64,000 nt of DNA from Felis catus (taxonomy: Eukaryota). The notes below the pieces were generated by a model. That model made no database searches. It was not told the DNA's origin and saw only the letters and a list, made by a program, of their open reading frames with translations. Position 1 is the stretch's first letter, and the number at the start of each line of letters is the position of its first letter. The stretch spans positions 129,210,001 through 129,274,000 of the forward strand of contig NC_058368.1 in the NCBI RefSeq assembly GCF_018350175.1, given 5' to 3'. A program made the translations under genes and the position numbers. Shown here piece by piece: positions 46,506-59,540 of this stretch.

Positions 46506-49500
46506 GAGAACATGTTACTTAGAACTTCTAGAATTGTCGAAAAGGGGCTCGGCAGAGTTGGATCTGACTTCTGACTGATTTCTGACAAATCACCGTCTGA
46601 TTTCTGAATTCTGCTTTTTATCAGACTGTCCTACACTAGGTTGGCCCTACCCAGAGACACCAGATAAAGAGAAGCAAATATAGAGGATTTTGTTGTTGTT
46701 GTTAACTTTGTCCTTCCACTACTGCTTATAAGCTCTTTGACATTGGAAGTCACAGAATGTCCCTGAGCCTCCCTCATCCATAAAGTCTGAAAGTTGCATT
46801 TGATGTTCTCTGTGGTGCCTTCTGGCTTGAAAGTTTAATGATGCTGTAAGGGGGGCTTTGGCTTCCTTCCTGTGAAGGGCGTTCAGTGTTCTGGCTCCTT
46901 CCAAATAGGTGAGCAACCTTCCCTTGCCTGCCATCATCTGTGAAGCCTGGAGACCAGCAAAGGCAGCAAGTACCCTGTCCCTCTGAGGAGCCGACTGCAG
47001 GCTGTTAGCATTTTATCGACTTTGGCTGTGCTGTTAGTTTTTAGAATTCGTAGTGAGACGCTTTCATAGATGTTTGAGTCAAAGTGTTCCCTGGGCCGAA
47101 GGAGCATAGTTTTGAAGATATGTTTGCATTCTGTCTGTGTTCTAGAGAGGCCTAATATAAAGAAACAACCCAGCAACTCTGCTTGGGAGGGATTGGGGAG
47201 AGTTGCTGAAAGGAGCTTGCTTTTGTACGCGTTTCAGAGATTTAATTTTATTAGCCGATGCAAATGATCTGTTCCACACATGTAAAACAAAAGGACAAGA
47301 AAATGATCCCTGTGTCAACATCAGGATGTCTGACTTAAAATCCCATTCAAATAACTCCCTAAAAATGATCAGACACTGAATACATTATTTTTCTGACTTT
47401 GACAAAACCAGTCTGCACAAAGAAGCGGCCCCATGAGGTTATGGATAAACCAGCCACGTTAAAACTCCGGCATTTTCATGTCAGTCACAGATTTTCTTAA
47501 GGGCCAACTCACTGTTTAAGGACTAATGTGTTTGGAGAGGGGAAAAAAATCGCACTGTGTTATTAGGCAGAATCCCCTTTATATACAGGGATTGGATCAG
47601 TTTGACCCTGATTGTGTTGCCTGCTTTATTGTCCTACTTCAAACACGGGGCCCTGGGCATCATCTTAAGGAAGGGCTGATTGAACTGTCGGCCTGACACT
47701 TGTCAGCTGTGGATAATACGGGTTTCAGTCCGTCATGCTCACACATAAATGAACCATGACAGAGATAGACTGTTGAATAGAAAAAGCAGTTTTACTGTGG
47801 ATAACCTTTCTTGAATAAATGCAACAAATAATAAAGTCTGAAAAAGGGGACATGTACCTTAGGAGAGCAGTGACGTTCCGAACCAAATGGTTATTATCTT
47901 TTGGGGCCCTCAAAAATTGCCCATCTATCAGAGCATGTGATGGAGAGAAAAGGGAGAAGTGCTATATGATTATAAGAAAAATGACGGCAGTTGAGTCCAT
48001 GCAGCCTTCAGTGTGATAGCACATAACAAAACCCCGTTCCAGCTCACCGGGGTTAAAAAAGGAGGCATTGTTTGCGTACCAAATGGACTCCACAATTGTT
48101 TGTAGAAGATGGTGGCACACATCTTAATTATAACGGCAGAAAAAGAATCTGAAACTATTTCTCTCCAGCGTCTCTCCCTTTTCATTTAAAAAGAAAAAGA
48201 ACTCCCCGCAGAAATGGCGGAAATTCTACATTTCAATCAAGATGGTCCAAAGAATGATTTGAATTTACAGGCCTGTAATTGGAACAAATTGGAAACAAAA
48301 GAAGAGCTGGTTGAAGCCACGTGATGTGGCCACAGTGCTACTATGTACAGTAGTCTGCTAGGAAAAAAAATCATGTTTCTTTAAAGCGAAGCTAACTCCG
48401 CTGCAAAGCTCCAAGCAATTTGCATAAATGTCTCTACCATGATTTTTTTTTTATTTATGGGCCCTAAGTTTCTAATTAAATACTAATTAATACTATCACC
48501 AGAATTGTCTCCCATCCCCAGCTCTTCATAGCTTTGTCACTTTGATTAATGCATAGTCATTTATTAACTTATTTAACAAGCCAGGGTGCCTCATGACAAA
48601 CTAGATTAAATTATCCTCATAACAGTCTCATTACTGAAAAAAAGGGAGTTTTAAACTTAATAAAAATTATCCTCAATAACGTTAAAGCTTTTCCACCGCA
48701 CCCTTAAAAGATAGAAATAGGTTTCTTGTTTGATTTATAATATATGGAGTTGTATAAAGCATCCATTAATAAAATTTATAAGTTCATTTAAGCTTGCACA
48801 TTACAGTAGTGCTGTAGCCTTGGGTGCTTATTATTTAACTTTTGCTGTAGTTATGAAGATAATTAATGTCCTGACCAGACAGGGACTAAAATACCCACTA
48901 GAATGAGGTAATTAGAGACATAAATAATGTTTAGGTTCTTGTGCGCTGCTTTCTAAATTAATTGTTTTGTTTTCCACCCAAACTTGATAAAGAAGAAAAT
49001 AAGAGTTTACCAAGGAAGCGTACGGTGAAGGTGAGGTGTTTGTTTCTGGCGGATCTAGAAACTGTTAAGAAGCCTCACAGTGTCTGGCCTGGAGGAGGGA
49101 GCTGGGTGTGCCGGGGCATTCAGCGCTTCCCCGGGAAACCCTGGGCCCTCCTTGCTCTCTGGCGCCCTCCAGTGGTCAGGTCCTGGAGGCGAGCACACCT
49201 TGCCGGCCTGCGGATCAGTGGACCCCGGAAGCCCAGCGGGGTGAGTCAGAAATGAGAACTGAAGGAAGTGTCTTCATACAGCGATGGTGTAAGCTTCTCA
49301 GTCAGACTCGGAGGAGGAGAGCCCCCGGCGCGGGGGGGGGGGAGCCGAACAAGTCTATGGCAGCAGATCTTTCATGCTGACGAAGCAGAACATGGGAAGC
49401 TGTGGCAGAGGTCCTGCTGGTCTCAAAACAAGTATGTGTCCAGACATTAGAACATATGTGGAGCGCTGACCCGCAGTGGGGTGTGTTACCATAGGAATGC

Positions 49501-50700
49501 AGCACGTCCTTGGGCTTATTCTGTTCTCGTTTTCTGTTTCTTGCTAAGATAGCACTCTCGTTGAGATTCCTAGGTAATCTGGCAGGAGGGCGGTGGAAAT
49601 GCATGCACCGATGGAAACATGTCTGTTAGTTGAGCTTCCTTATGGCCTGTGGTGTCTCGAGTCTTTGGGTGGGGGTGTTGGAAAGGGGCACTAGCTCCCT
49701 TGTTGCAGGTAGAGAGCTGACGCTCTGTATGGATATCCCTTCACCATTTGCGAAGCCCTTTGACACGCATGCTGAGTCCCTCCAGAATCCTCTCACTGTG
49801 GTTGCTGAGGGCCTCTCACTGTGGTTGCTGAGGAGCCACGTGGTGCCTTGGATCCACACAGTGACCTATTGGTTACTCCAGCCCTGGGAAGAGCGCCTGG
49901 TTCCTTTCCTTTTGGTTTCCGGTGTTACCACCCCCCCCCCCCACTGCTGCACCTCCCCTCCATTTCTTCTCTCTCATGCCCTCCTTCTCCCTCTCACCTT
50001 TCCTTTTAGTCCTTGATTCAGAGCAGAGATAACAATAGCTCTACCTGTTCATGTACGAAAATAGCTCACTTGTCAGAGCCGCACGGGGACCGGTGCCTCA
50101 AAAACTCTGTAAGTGGAAGAATGGTTCAGAGAATTTTCTTCAGGTTTAGAGTGTTCCGTGGTCATCGCCATCTCTAGCTCACGACCCATCCCCGGGAGGT
50201 AAGTGGATGGCAAACATCCCCATTATTTATAACCCTTGTTTAGCATTGATTAAGATTTCCATCTTGGCAGACCTATTAGTAGAGACCTATTAGTAGATGT
50301 GGCTTTGGCCCAAAATAGATCAACATTAGGCCAGGCCTCAGGTCCCTGATTTCCTTAGTTTCCCCCTGGCAACTTTGAGTCCAGTGTACTAAGTACCCGG
50401 CTGGCCCAGTGTTCATTTTGGGCAAGTGGGCCCCGTTAAGTTAAGCAGGGCCCCTAAGAACCATGTGAGATGTCCTAGGTTAATTAAAATAATGTACAGT
50501 AAGGGAAGAGCTCATGGTCAACACAGGAGGGTGAGAGCCCAGGGGGCTCTTATTCCTGCCTAGGTCCTTCCATTTGTGTCTCCCTGGGCTTTATCATGAT
50601 GGCCTGAGATGTGGAGTGGCAGAGGGGGGATGGTGGCAAGATGAGAGGGGATTAAGGATTAAGGATGCACAGTTGGGAAAAATAGAGAAGTAACTGTTTT

Positions 50701-50862
50701 CAGTGGTTCTCAAACTTTCACGGGCAAAACAATGCAGATTCTCTGGCTCTGGTTTCAGAGTTTCTGATGCCATCTGTCTGAGGCCCAGGAGTCTGCATTG
50801 CTAATAGGCCTGTGACTCTGATGTAGGGGTCAGTCCGTGGACCCCTGGTTATAAAATATTGG
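50701..50862. mobile_element. MER5A-like MITE
   Basis: cagtggttctcaaacttt..aatgcagattctctgg..gaggcccaggagtctgcatt..ccgtggaccc. Confidence 0.8.
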
Positions 50863-51604
50863 TCTAGGTAGGGGGGTACAAAGAGAAGATGGAAGAACTG
50901 ACAGGAGGGGAGAGAATTTTGCCCGAATCATCTTCACCCCTCTGAGAAAGTGCCATAGTTGTTATGTGTCCTTCTAAAGGCCCAGCTTACCTGGGGATGC
51001 GTCTCCAGGTGACAGGTGGCAGGCAGGGGGCAGGGAATGGACAGATGTGAAAGATCCCCTCACCAGAGGAGTGTTTGGTCACAAGCACATCTCCTTAGCT
51101 CTCCCCAGCACGTCTGCTAAGTGTCTGCCCTGTCCTCCTTATTGCATCCACCGCAATCAAAATTCGTCACTCCCCTGTCCACCTCTTCCTTCTGACAGCC
51201 GAGGAATCCTTCTGTGAGGGGAGTCTGAAGGAGATGGGGGTGCAGTAGGACCCTGAGCCCAGGCTCTGGGGAAAGAGAAGACTGTCTGGAGGGGCCCTAA
51301 TGCCTCCCTCCACAGCACCCCACCCCCTCCCAGAATAGGGAAGGTGAGGCATGGGCTTTGATTAAGCTGTCTCAGGCGCACATGGCCTAAGTCAGGCTGG
51401 GGTCAGCTGCACAGTGTCTGGCTTCTGACGGCCAGTCTGTTGGGTGGGTCCGTGTGCGACAGGTGCTGTGAGAGCAAGTGTTCCTCACACCGCTTCAGAA
51501 CTGAGCACACGCTCAGCTGGGACCTCCTGACCCACTGGGCTTTCTCCACGTGCTCCTCATGCCTTTACCACGATGCAGGCGGGGTGGTGGGTGTGACACG
51601 TGTA

Positions 51605-51720
51605 CACAGTTCAGCACAACAAACACTACTGGGTCACAGGCAAGTGCCAGGCACTGTGCTGGGCACTGGTGATACAAAGATGAAGGGAGTTTTCTTTCCA
51701 GTTGGCTTGACTGTGCTCCC
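51605..51720 (-). mobile_element. L2 3' end
   Basis: caacaaacactactggg..gtgccaggcactgtgctgggcactggtgatacaaagatga. Confidence 0.75.
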
Positions 51721-52093
51721 AGAGGCTATCAGCTATGTTGCCCTCAGGGGAAAGGCTAAGTCTGGAGAGGTCACCTGGGGCTCAGCCGGTTCCCCAGCTT
51801 CATGCAGCCACCTGGTATAGAAAGGGAGCCTCATGGCTAGATGGATTCAGGTTTGGTTTGCAGGGTGAATGTGACTGAGGGAAAAAAGTGACAGGGCTTA
51901 GGACTGTGGCTCTCAGACTGGGGTGTGCAAACCTCCAGGGACTGTGTGAGACAACCCACCCGGAATGAGCCGAGAATACCAAAGCTCTTACTATATTGGT
52001 CATTCGAAATCTTGTCATATATGCCTTTCTGTTTTTGTGGAATGTTCTAAAATGAAGGAAGGTCAGTCCAGTAGTAAACTTTATGCAATTTAT

Positions 52094-52152
52094 GAAGGAA
52101 GGAAGGAAGGAAGGAAGGAAGGAAGGAAGGAAGGGAGAGAGGAAGGAAGGAA
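52094..52152. repeat. (GGAA)n microsatellite
   Basis: Seen directly. Confidence 0.95.
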
Positions 52153-52965
52153 TGTCAGAGATAGGTGGTCAGTTATGTTTCTTGTTTCACGTTGGATGTG
52201 TATCATGAAATGAACTGACAGGTCATGGGTTAGAGTACTGCCAAAAGAGTGGCTGAAGCTCTGGGTCCTGGAGTCTGGGCTGGAAGGAGAAGGAAGCAAA
52301 ACCTTGAGGGAGCCGAGAAGATGGGGAATGTGGAGAGAATGGGGGATGGCAGAGCTCCAGCTGATGCAAAGTCAGAGTTAGTGGATTTAAGGGAACGAGG
52401 TCTCAGGAGAGGAAGATGAGATCAGAGAGCCGGAGGAGGACTGAAACTGCCTCGGGTGGAACAAGGCGGGTGATTCAAAAACCGCCTTGTAAAACAGGGC
52501 AGGGAGGGAAGGAAGGGGAGTGGGGGCCGGTGCAGTGGATGCACTGTCCACGTGGACATTAACGTGCCTGACTTGATGGCAGATTGCTGGATAGAAAAAA
52601 AGATGGTAAGCCACTAAGGTGCCTTTAGAAGGTCTGTGGGGGGTAGTGGTGGGCAACCAAGTGGCACAGGGAGGGAAGGAGGGATTGACTTGAAGGAAAA
52701 TGAGTAAAGGTCTCTTTGAGGAGAAAGGAGGACAGATCTGGGAGTCTGGGAAGAGTGGAGAGGAAGGAGCAGTGCCCAGGCTCCAAAGGAAGCAGGAAAA
52801 GAAAGTTCCCTACCCCTAGGCTAATACTGAGGAGGTTGCTTACCATGGAACAGAGTTCCAGAGGATTAGAATCAGGCGTGCAGTGGGAGTAGGTGTCAGA
52901 GGAGGGGAGGGGAGCAGGCTGGAAGGAACCCTGCCCGCACTGGTCAAGGCTTGGCCTTCTCCACC

Positions 52966-52988
52966 GGGGGGGGGGGGGGGGGGGGGGG
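52966..52988. repeat. Poly-G tract (23 nt)
   Basis: Seen directly. Confidence 0.9.
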
Positions 52989-54518
52989 CAGGGGCCTGTT
53001 TGGTGGGTTGCAGAATAAACTTTGAAATCATAGGTGGCATTTTAAAAAAAGGAATATACAAATGTCTTTTTCCTTCAAAACCACAAAATATGTTATCTAT
53101 GGACATGCACAGTGACAGCCATAAACCATCCTGTACCTTGTCAACTGAAACCCATAACCTGTTCTTTAGTTTTCAGTTTCTCTGACCTTATTGGTGAGAA
53201 TCATGCTTTGAACTTCTGGTAACAGTTCATTAGTGGTGATCATGCGCGATCTGAGGCATCAGAACATGCTACCTCCATGCCACCTTCACCCACCGTGCCC
53301 ATGCCAGGCTCCTCCTCCTCTTCGGGGTCTTCGAGATCACTTGTGCTCGGTTTCACACAGCAGGGAAGCAGCCCTTAGTACCTTAATAGTGCCGACAGTG
53401 CCTTTCCCGCCCTAGCCGCAAAATCTCGGAGTGAAGCATCACAACCAACTTCGGAATGGTTTTGCCTAACGTTCTCAGCTGTCAAGGGCCCTTCTGGTGT
53501 TCTTGGCAAGGTTATTGCAGACAGTCTGAATGTTTTCAAGAATAATTTCTGCATTGGTTTTTGAAATCTTCATTCATTGGATTTAGTGAGTCCAAAGGTG
53601 AAACACATGGAAGCCAAGCCCAGCCACCTCCTTAGCAAGATGCCTTCTTCAAAACCAGCTGTAGCAGCCCCCAGTTGCATCGGGAAGGCTTCCTTTCCAT
53701 TCACTGTACCTCAGTTGTCCCGCCAGACTGCAGCATGGCTGTTGTATCTGAACATTTGCCATATGCTCATTCAGTTCTCCCTCTTCGTCCTCACTAGCAG
53801 CAACCTTTCTTGAATACGTTTTTCAGCTTGTGACTCATCACCTTTCCCTTTCAAGAGCGAGGAGTCATCTTTGGTCTCAATGAATTCTACTTTTCTGAGG
53901 CCAAATATCTTCAAGATTTAGGGTCAGCCCCTCTCCAAACACCTGCAAATGCATTTAAAAATGGGTCAGTTCCAGGGTAGAGTTTTTCTTTTATGATACC
54001 AAATGTATTCATAATACATTATGCAGGTGTTTTGATGAGAATCCAGAAACATCTTGAGACACCATATTTCTCAGAAATGTGAGAATTTAAGACCATTGCT
54101 GTTCCAACAAGTCTTGTGTATAGAGCTTTTTATTGCATTCATTTGCATTATTTTGTTTACTTCTCAGAACTCTGTCAATTAGTCGCAACTCCATCTCACA
54201 GATGAGAATGGAACACAGAGAAAACTCACCTAAAGTCACACACTAGGAAGACGGTGGAGCCAGGGCTAGGCCCGGTGTTCTCTACACTAGATCATTCTGC
54301 CTTTCAGAATTAAGGGCCAATCAGACAATAAGATCATTCCACAACCAGGCACCTGGCAGGTTAGAGCTGAAAGAGACCCCTTTCTGTATTTAGTTCAAGC
54401 CCTACCTTCCTAGATATTCAGTAAATGTATCTAATTAGAAAAAAAAAAACGTGAATCATTTGACTGTATACCTATAAATATTATCCCTGGAAAGAAAAGG
54501 AACATTTGGTAAATGTAC

Positions 54519-54614
54519 AAAAGATATGGGAAAAATTTGCATGTTATCCTTGTGGAGGGACCATGTTAATCTTGTCTGTATTGTTCCAGTTTTAGTATAC
54601 ATGCTGCCGAGCAC
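54519..54614 (-). pseudogene. RNU6: U6 snRNA pseudogene
   Basis: Reverse complement reads GTGCTCGGCAGCATGTATACTAAAACTGGAACAATACAGACAAGATTAACATGGTCCCTCCACAAGGATAACATGCAAATT..TTCCCATATCTTTT, a diverged U6. The ACAGAGA box is mutated to ACAGACA. Confidence 0.93.
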
Positions 54615-54794
54615 TCTCCAGAATATTTTAAAACGAACATACCACGATAGAAAACACCAAAATGTATCACATATAGTAAAGGTCAGTATTGTTTTGTGAG
54701 ACTTTTGTGTTGGTTGCATATATTTGTAGATACTGCAGGTCATGATAAAGAATTTATTTCATGCTGTGGATTGTGCTAACAAATGGCGGAAGGC

Positions 54795-54985
54795 CACTGG
54801 TGTGGTAGAAAGAGCATTGGAAAATGGGCTCAGTTACTGGACTCGAGGCGTTGCTCTGCCAGTAACCACCTGCGTGAGCTTGGCCAAGGAACTTAACCCA
54901 TCAGGGCTCCATTTCTTCATTTTTAAAATGAGAGGGTCGAACTAGATGTTTTTTGAGATCCCTTTCCCTAAGATTCTATCATTCT
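54795..54985 (+). mobile_element. MIR/MIR3 SINE
   Basis: tggtgtggtagaaagagcattgg..ctctgccagtaacc..ttggccaaggaacttaacc..tttcttcatttttaaaatgag..gatccctt..attctatcattct. Confidence 0.85.
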
Positions 54986-57984
54986 GGTGACTCTCTCATG
55001 GCATCGATGAGACACAAAAGCCTTTGCAGCGAGGAAGGTGGGTGGAGAGAGGTGTCAGGAGCAGCAAGGCAAGCACGAGCCGGGTGCAGACACACAACTT
55101 TCCCACAACAGCTGCTGCCCCGGTGCTCATTCTTGCTGCTTGTCATCATGCTGGTAGCACCCCAAGATGTCGCCGCCACGAGGGTGTGAATGATGACCGT
55201 GCTTAAATCCAAGTTGGAGCCTGTGGACAGCAGTGGAGGTGAGGACTGCCAAGCACACACACCTGGTACCACTCTTGGCACTGCGAGGTGCTCAGAAGCA
55301 GTTCTCGATGACAAGCATGATGAATATTCCAGGGAGGAAGCAAGGGAAAGGCAACCTAAATAGAAAAAGTTGAAACTCAGGAGCCATATTTCCTCTACAG
55401 TCTATGCAGCCCTAGAGTAATAAAGGTTTTCCTTAGAAAAAAAGAGGGGAGCAATTTCAGAAAATACGCAATGTGAAATGTTTAGTATCATTCCTTTTCT
55501 GGTGTATACTAGCACTTAGTTTTCTGTAAAGAACAGGGACCAGTTATCACTTCCCACTCATTTGATGATAAGATGTAAAGTTAATTTCATGGTGGAGAAA
55601 CACCCAAGAGATTGCTTGCTTTCCATTAATATAGAAGACATTTTTGACACAAGCACATAGGACGTGTACGTGTACGCATACACACATGTACACACACGAG
55701 AGCTGATACATACATTAAATGCCTAAATTATTAATTGATCTTAAGACGGCATACAACATGACAAGCAACAAGATTATCTGTGTGATATGCACCCACATGT
55801 GGAAACTGAGAGTGTGTTTTTTTTTTCTCACATAGAAACGTAATGCCAGAAAACATTCTGCCTTTGAAGAACAAGAGTACAAAGGTGTTCCAACAATTGA
55901 AGGTTACAGTTTTGCCCAATTGCTTATTATTCATTGCACTTGGAAATAGGACATGGAGGGGACAATAACCTTTCCCAGCCTGGATCTCTTTAGCATGCTT
56001 TAATTTAGTGTTACCCCCTAGGTAAGATTTAACAAGATGTCTCTGTTGGCCTGCAAAAACAAAATAAAACAAAACAAAAAAACCTGGTTGACAAGAGCCT
56101 TGTGTGTCAGGAAGCAGATCAGAAGTGGACTTGGTTGTTGTTAAACACTGTGTACTTTTAAAGAAGTAGATTAATAATTTAAGGCATTTTAGTACTTGTG
56201 GAGAGCCCTGAACTGACAGCTCTAGGGCCCATTGCCTGTCTGCAGCTCAGGTGCATCATGGGTCTAAACATGGAAACAACCCCATAGATGAGACTCTTCC
56301 AGTCACTCCAGCTAGACTGAGGAGAAGACACAGCCTGGTGGTTGAGTCTCACCATGACTGTGGCCGTGCGGCAGGCACTTCTGAACAGAGTCGGGAGGAG
56401 ATGCACTTGCTAGACTCTCCTTTTTGTGTAGGTGACTGGAGAAGTTTAAGAGATGAATACTTTTTGTCATAACCTATTGTGACAGACACTAAATGCATGA
56501 GACTACTGTGGAATGTTGATGTAGCGTCTTTGGTTGGTCTGTTTACTTCCAAAAGACAAACACAAAATAAAACAAAATCCAAAACCAAAACAAAAAATAA
56601 CTCCAAACAAAGTCCCAGCCACAGGAAAAAAATACCCAGCCTATACTAACCGAGTGGCCGTTATTTTTGGCTGTGGGCTGGGCTGGTGAGACGCTCTTTG
56701 GCCGGCTGTCACTGTGCACAGCCGTCTGACTGGAATTTTCGTGAGCTGGGAAAGGAATGGTTATATTTGGCCTCTGGAAGGGAAGTTGCTGAGATAGAAA
56801 GGCAGCTTTGGGTCATAGGGTTTGAGCCCATGCCAAGGGGAGGGGAAGCGGGTCACCCGTTTCCAGCTGAGGAAGTTGGTGGGACAACTAAGCTGAACCC
56901 TCTGGTAAGGTTGTGGTGGGGAGCCGACAGGGGAGTGTACCACACATCCGGGCTGGACTGCTGGAGAAGCTTGTTCCGGTCCAGTGAGCCCTGCTGCCCC
57001 TGGCTGAGCCGGCCACGATGGCCAGTGCCTGCAGCACAGGATTCACTGACATCTGTTTTCCTTCGCTTTGCCGCCAGGGCTCAGCGTAGGTTATCTCCTG
57101 GTATTGATTCATGGAAGTTTCCGTGTCGTTTACTAGTTATCATTTACACATCCTCTGTTCACTACTAGATCGTGGGTGCTTCTGTTTTACCTTCAGGATC
57201 CTCAGAGCTTCCACACACCAGGACATTTAAGAACCAAAACAGCATGAGGTTGCCCCCTTCCCCCCCGTGCACTCTGGGTTATGTATATATAAAGTAAATG
57301 ATTAAATCTTCAGTTGTGTTATAAAAAGAATGACACTTGAGTCATGATAGAAAAACAAGATTGTTGTTTATGAATACACCACTGAAATATGCATTTTGTA
57401 AGGCTCATTGATTTATTTCCAATTCGAGAAACCACATAGACATACAAAATGGTTCATTAGGTATTCATTATACCTCCTTAGCTGCTTTTATTAGAAGTGC
57501 CCCTGGTGCCAATGGCAAGGTTGATGGTTTCAGGGGCTGAGTCAATGCTTGAAGCTCATCAATTTCTCATAGGCAGCTTTGGTTTAAGGTATTTCGATGA
57601 TTTTATAGAAATGTTTTATCCCATTAAAAGCTGTAACTTAAACTGTGGTGCAGGGTAGGCACACATTCGATGATAAATGGCTCTGTGTAAGAGATTTCCA
57701 ATTTGTCAAATCTGCATTAAAGAACTATATTTGAAATTGGTGAGAAGGTTGGGTGAATTCTCCAGATGAAAATGACATTTGTTTTATGGATCCCTCTGAA
57801 ACAATTCCCCCAGAGTTTTCATTTGAATAAATCGTGTCCAAGTTCAGCACTCCAGAAACAGCTAGCCTGGTAGAGGTGTGTCGGATGCTCTTCTGGTTCC
57901 TCCTTTTAGGAAAGAGGGCTCAGTTTTCTGATTTGTAAAGGAGGCAAGACTAGATAACCTGGAGGTATGAATCTTTATACCCTG

Positions 57985-58330
57985 TCATTCATTTCTTCAT
58001 TCATTCATTCCACATGTATTTATTGAGTAGGTGTGGGCATGTCCTCTCACTAAAGAAATGGCAACAAAACCTAGACCTCATGCTCATGGAGATGATATCC
58101 TAGGAGAAAGACAATAAACAAAGAAAATCATTTCATAGATTGGTAAGTGCCCTGAAAGCAGCAGAGTATTGTGATGGTAGGTTGTTGGCAGGTGGCCCCG
58201 CACCTCTGAGAAAGGGTCACTTCAGCTGAGAAGCCACTGGAGTGAACATCTGAAGGAGCAGCATTCCAGGAAGAGGGGCCCGCTAAGGCCATTGTGTGGC
58301 AATGCAATAGTGTGCTCAGGGAAGAGAAAG
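57985..58330 (-). mobile_element. L2 3' end
   Basis: tcattcattcattccacatgtatttattgagta..ctcatggagatgatatcctagg..ctctgagaaagggtcacttcagctgag. Confidence 0.8.
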
Positions 58331-58477
58331 GCCTACATTTTTTCTTCATGGGTCTTCTTCCCCCACCTCTAGAGCTGTGAATATTCTGCTGCATGGAAAT
58401 AATGAGACCAGGGGTGTTGTGGGACATGTGTAGAGTGGAGGGAAATGAGAAGGAGCCCCAAGATTGGGGTGGATAGC

Positions 58478-58840
58478 CATGTTAAGGTAGACTAGGGTAT
58501 GCTGCAGTCATGAATAACTCCACGTCTCACTGCCTTAACCAAACAGTATTTCCCTGCCTATGTCATGGCCTGATTTGCGTCTGATGGTGCCTCTCTCTGC
58601 AGGGAAGCAGATTCTTGGTATCATGTGTCTCCACCATCTTGAAGTCCTTTCTTTGCAGCCTCATGACTTGGGAGGGGAGAATAAGTAGAAGTCTGGATTA
58701 AATGTTTTAGGGGCCAGGGATGCACTGGCCACTTGACTGGAATCCAGGTTCATGACTCTAAGTATAAGGGAGGCTGGAAGACATGATCTTGCTGTGAGCT
58801 GAAGGAGGAGTAGCTGAATTGATAAACAGTCTTGCCCACA
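58478..58840 (-). mobile_element. MLT1I/J-like LTR
   Basis: gttaaggtagactagggtatgctgcagtcatgaataactcc..ccttaacc..agggaggctggaagacatgatct. Confidence 0.6.
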
Positions 58841-59352
58841 AGAAAGGAAGGAGGAAAAGGGGGAATGCATTCCCTATATCCCTAAAGTCCTGCACAGCAC
58901 ATGTTCCTTCATGGCCAGGAGTGCTGGCAAAGGGCTGAGTTTGTCCTCACAATGTCCTTACAATGATGGTTTCTCTCCATCCCACCAGACAATACACAGA
59001 GAAGGGGAGAAATATCCTAATCAGCTCTGGTAGGGAACTCAACCTAGATGAACCCCCAACTTTAGGCTCAAACTCAGTCATTTCACTGCCTGTTAAGAGT
59101 CTGGAGGAGAAGTCGCTTTTGATGTTAGAGACTCCTAACTCCTATTGCCTGGCCTTTCTGGCTTCCTTCTGTCTGATTTCACCCCATGTTAATCCAGCCC
59201 TGCTGTTCATACCTCAGACCATCCGCTCTAGCCAGGCCTGACTTCTTGAGGCTTCCCACTCAGCAGAAAACAGATTTTGTCTCCTGTGTTCTCCCTCTCA
59301 TTCTCTTGCAATGCCTGAATGCTCCTCTCTATCAAATCCTACCATCCTTCTT

Positions 59353-59540
59353 AAGGTTTATTTATTTTTGAGAGAGAGAGGCAAAGAGAGAGAGAGAGAC
59401 AGAAAGACACTGAATCCCAAACAGGTTCCATGCTGTCAGTGCAGAGCCTGACGTGGGGCTCAAACTTAAGAACTGTGAGATCATGACCTGAGTCGAAATC
59501 AAGAGTCAGATGCCCAACTGACTGAGCCACCGAGGTGTGC
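59353..59540 (-). mobile_element. Older CAN-SINE within an L2 fragment
   Basis: 20-bp TSD caaatcctaccatccttctt / caaatcctacagtccttctt (59333-59352 / 59541-59560). Confidence 0.94.

Noticed and set aside
47341..47395. Possible third copy of the duplicated element (cattcaaat, aatacattat)
   Set aside because: The two words are in the wrong order and no other blocks align.
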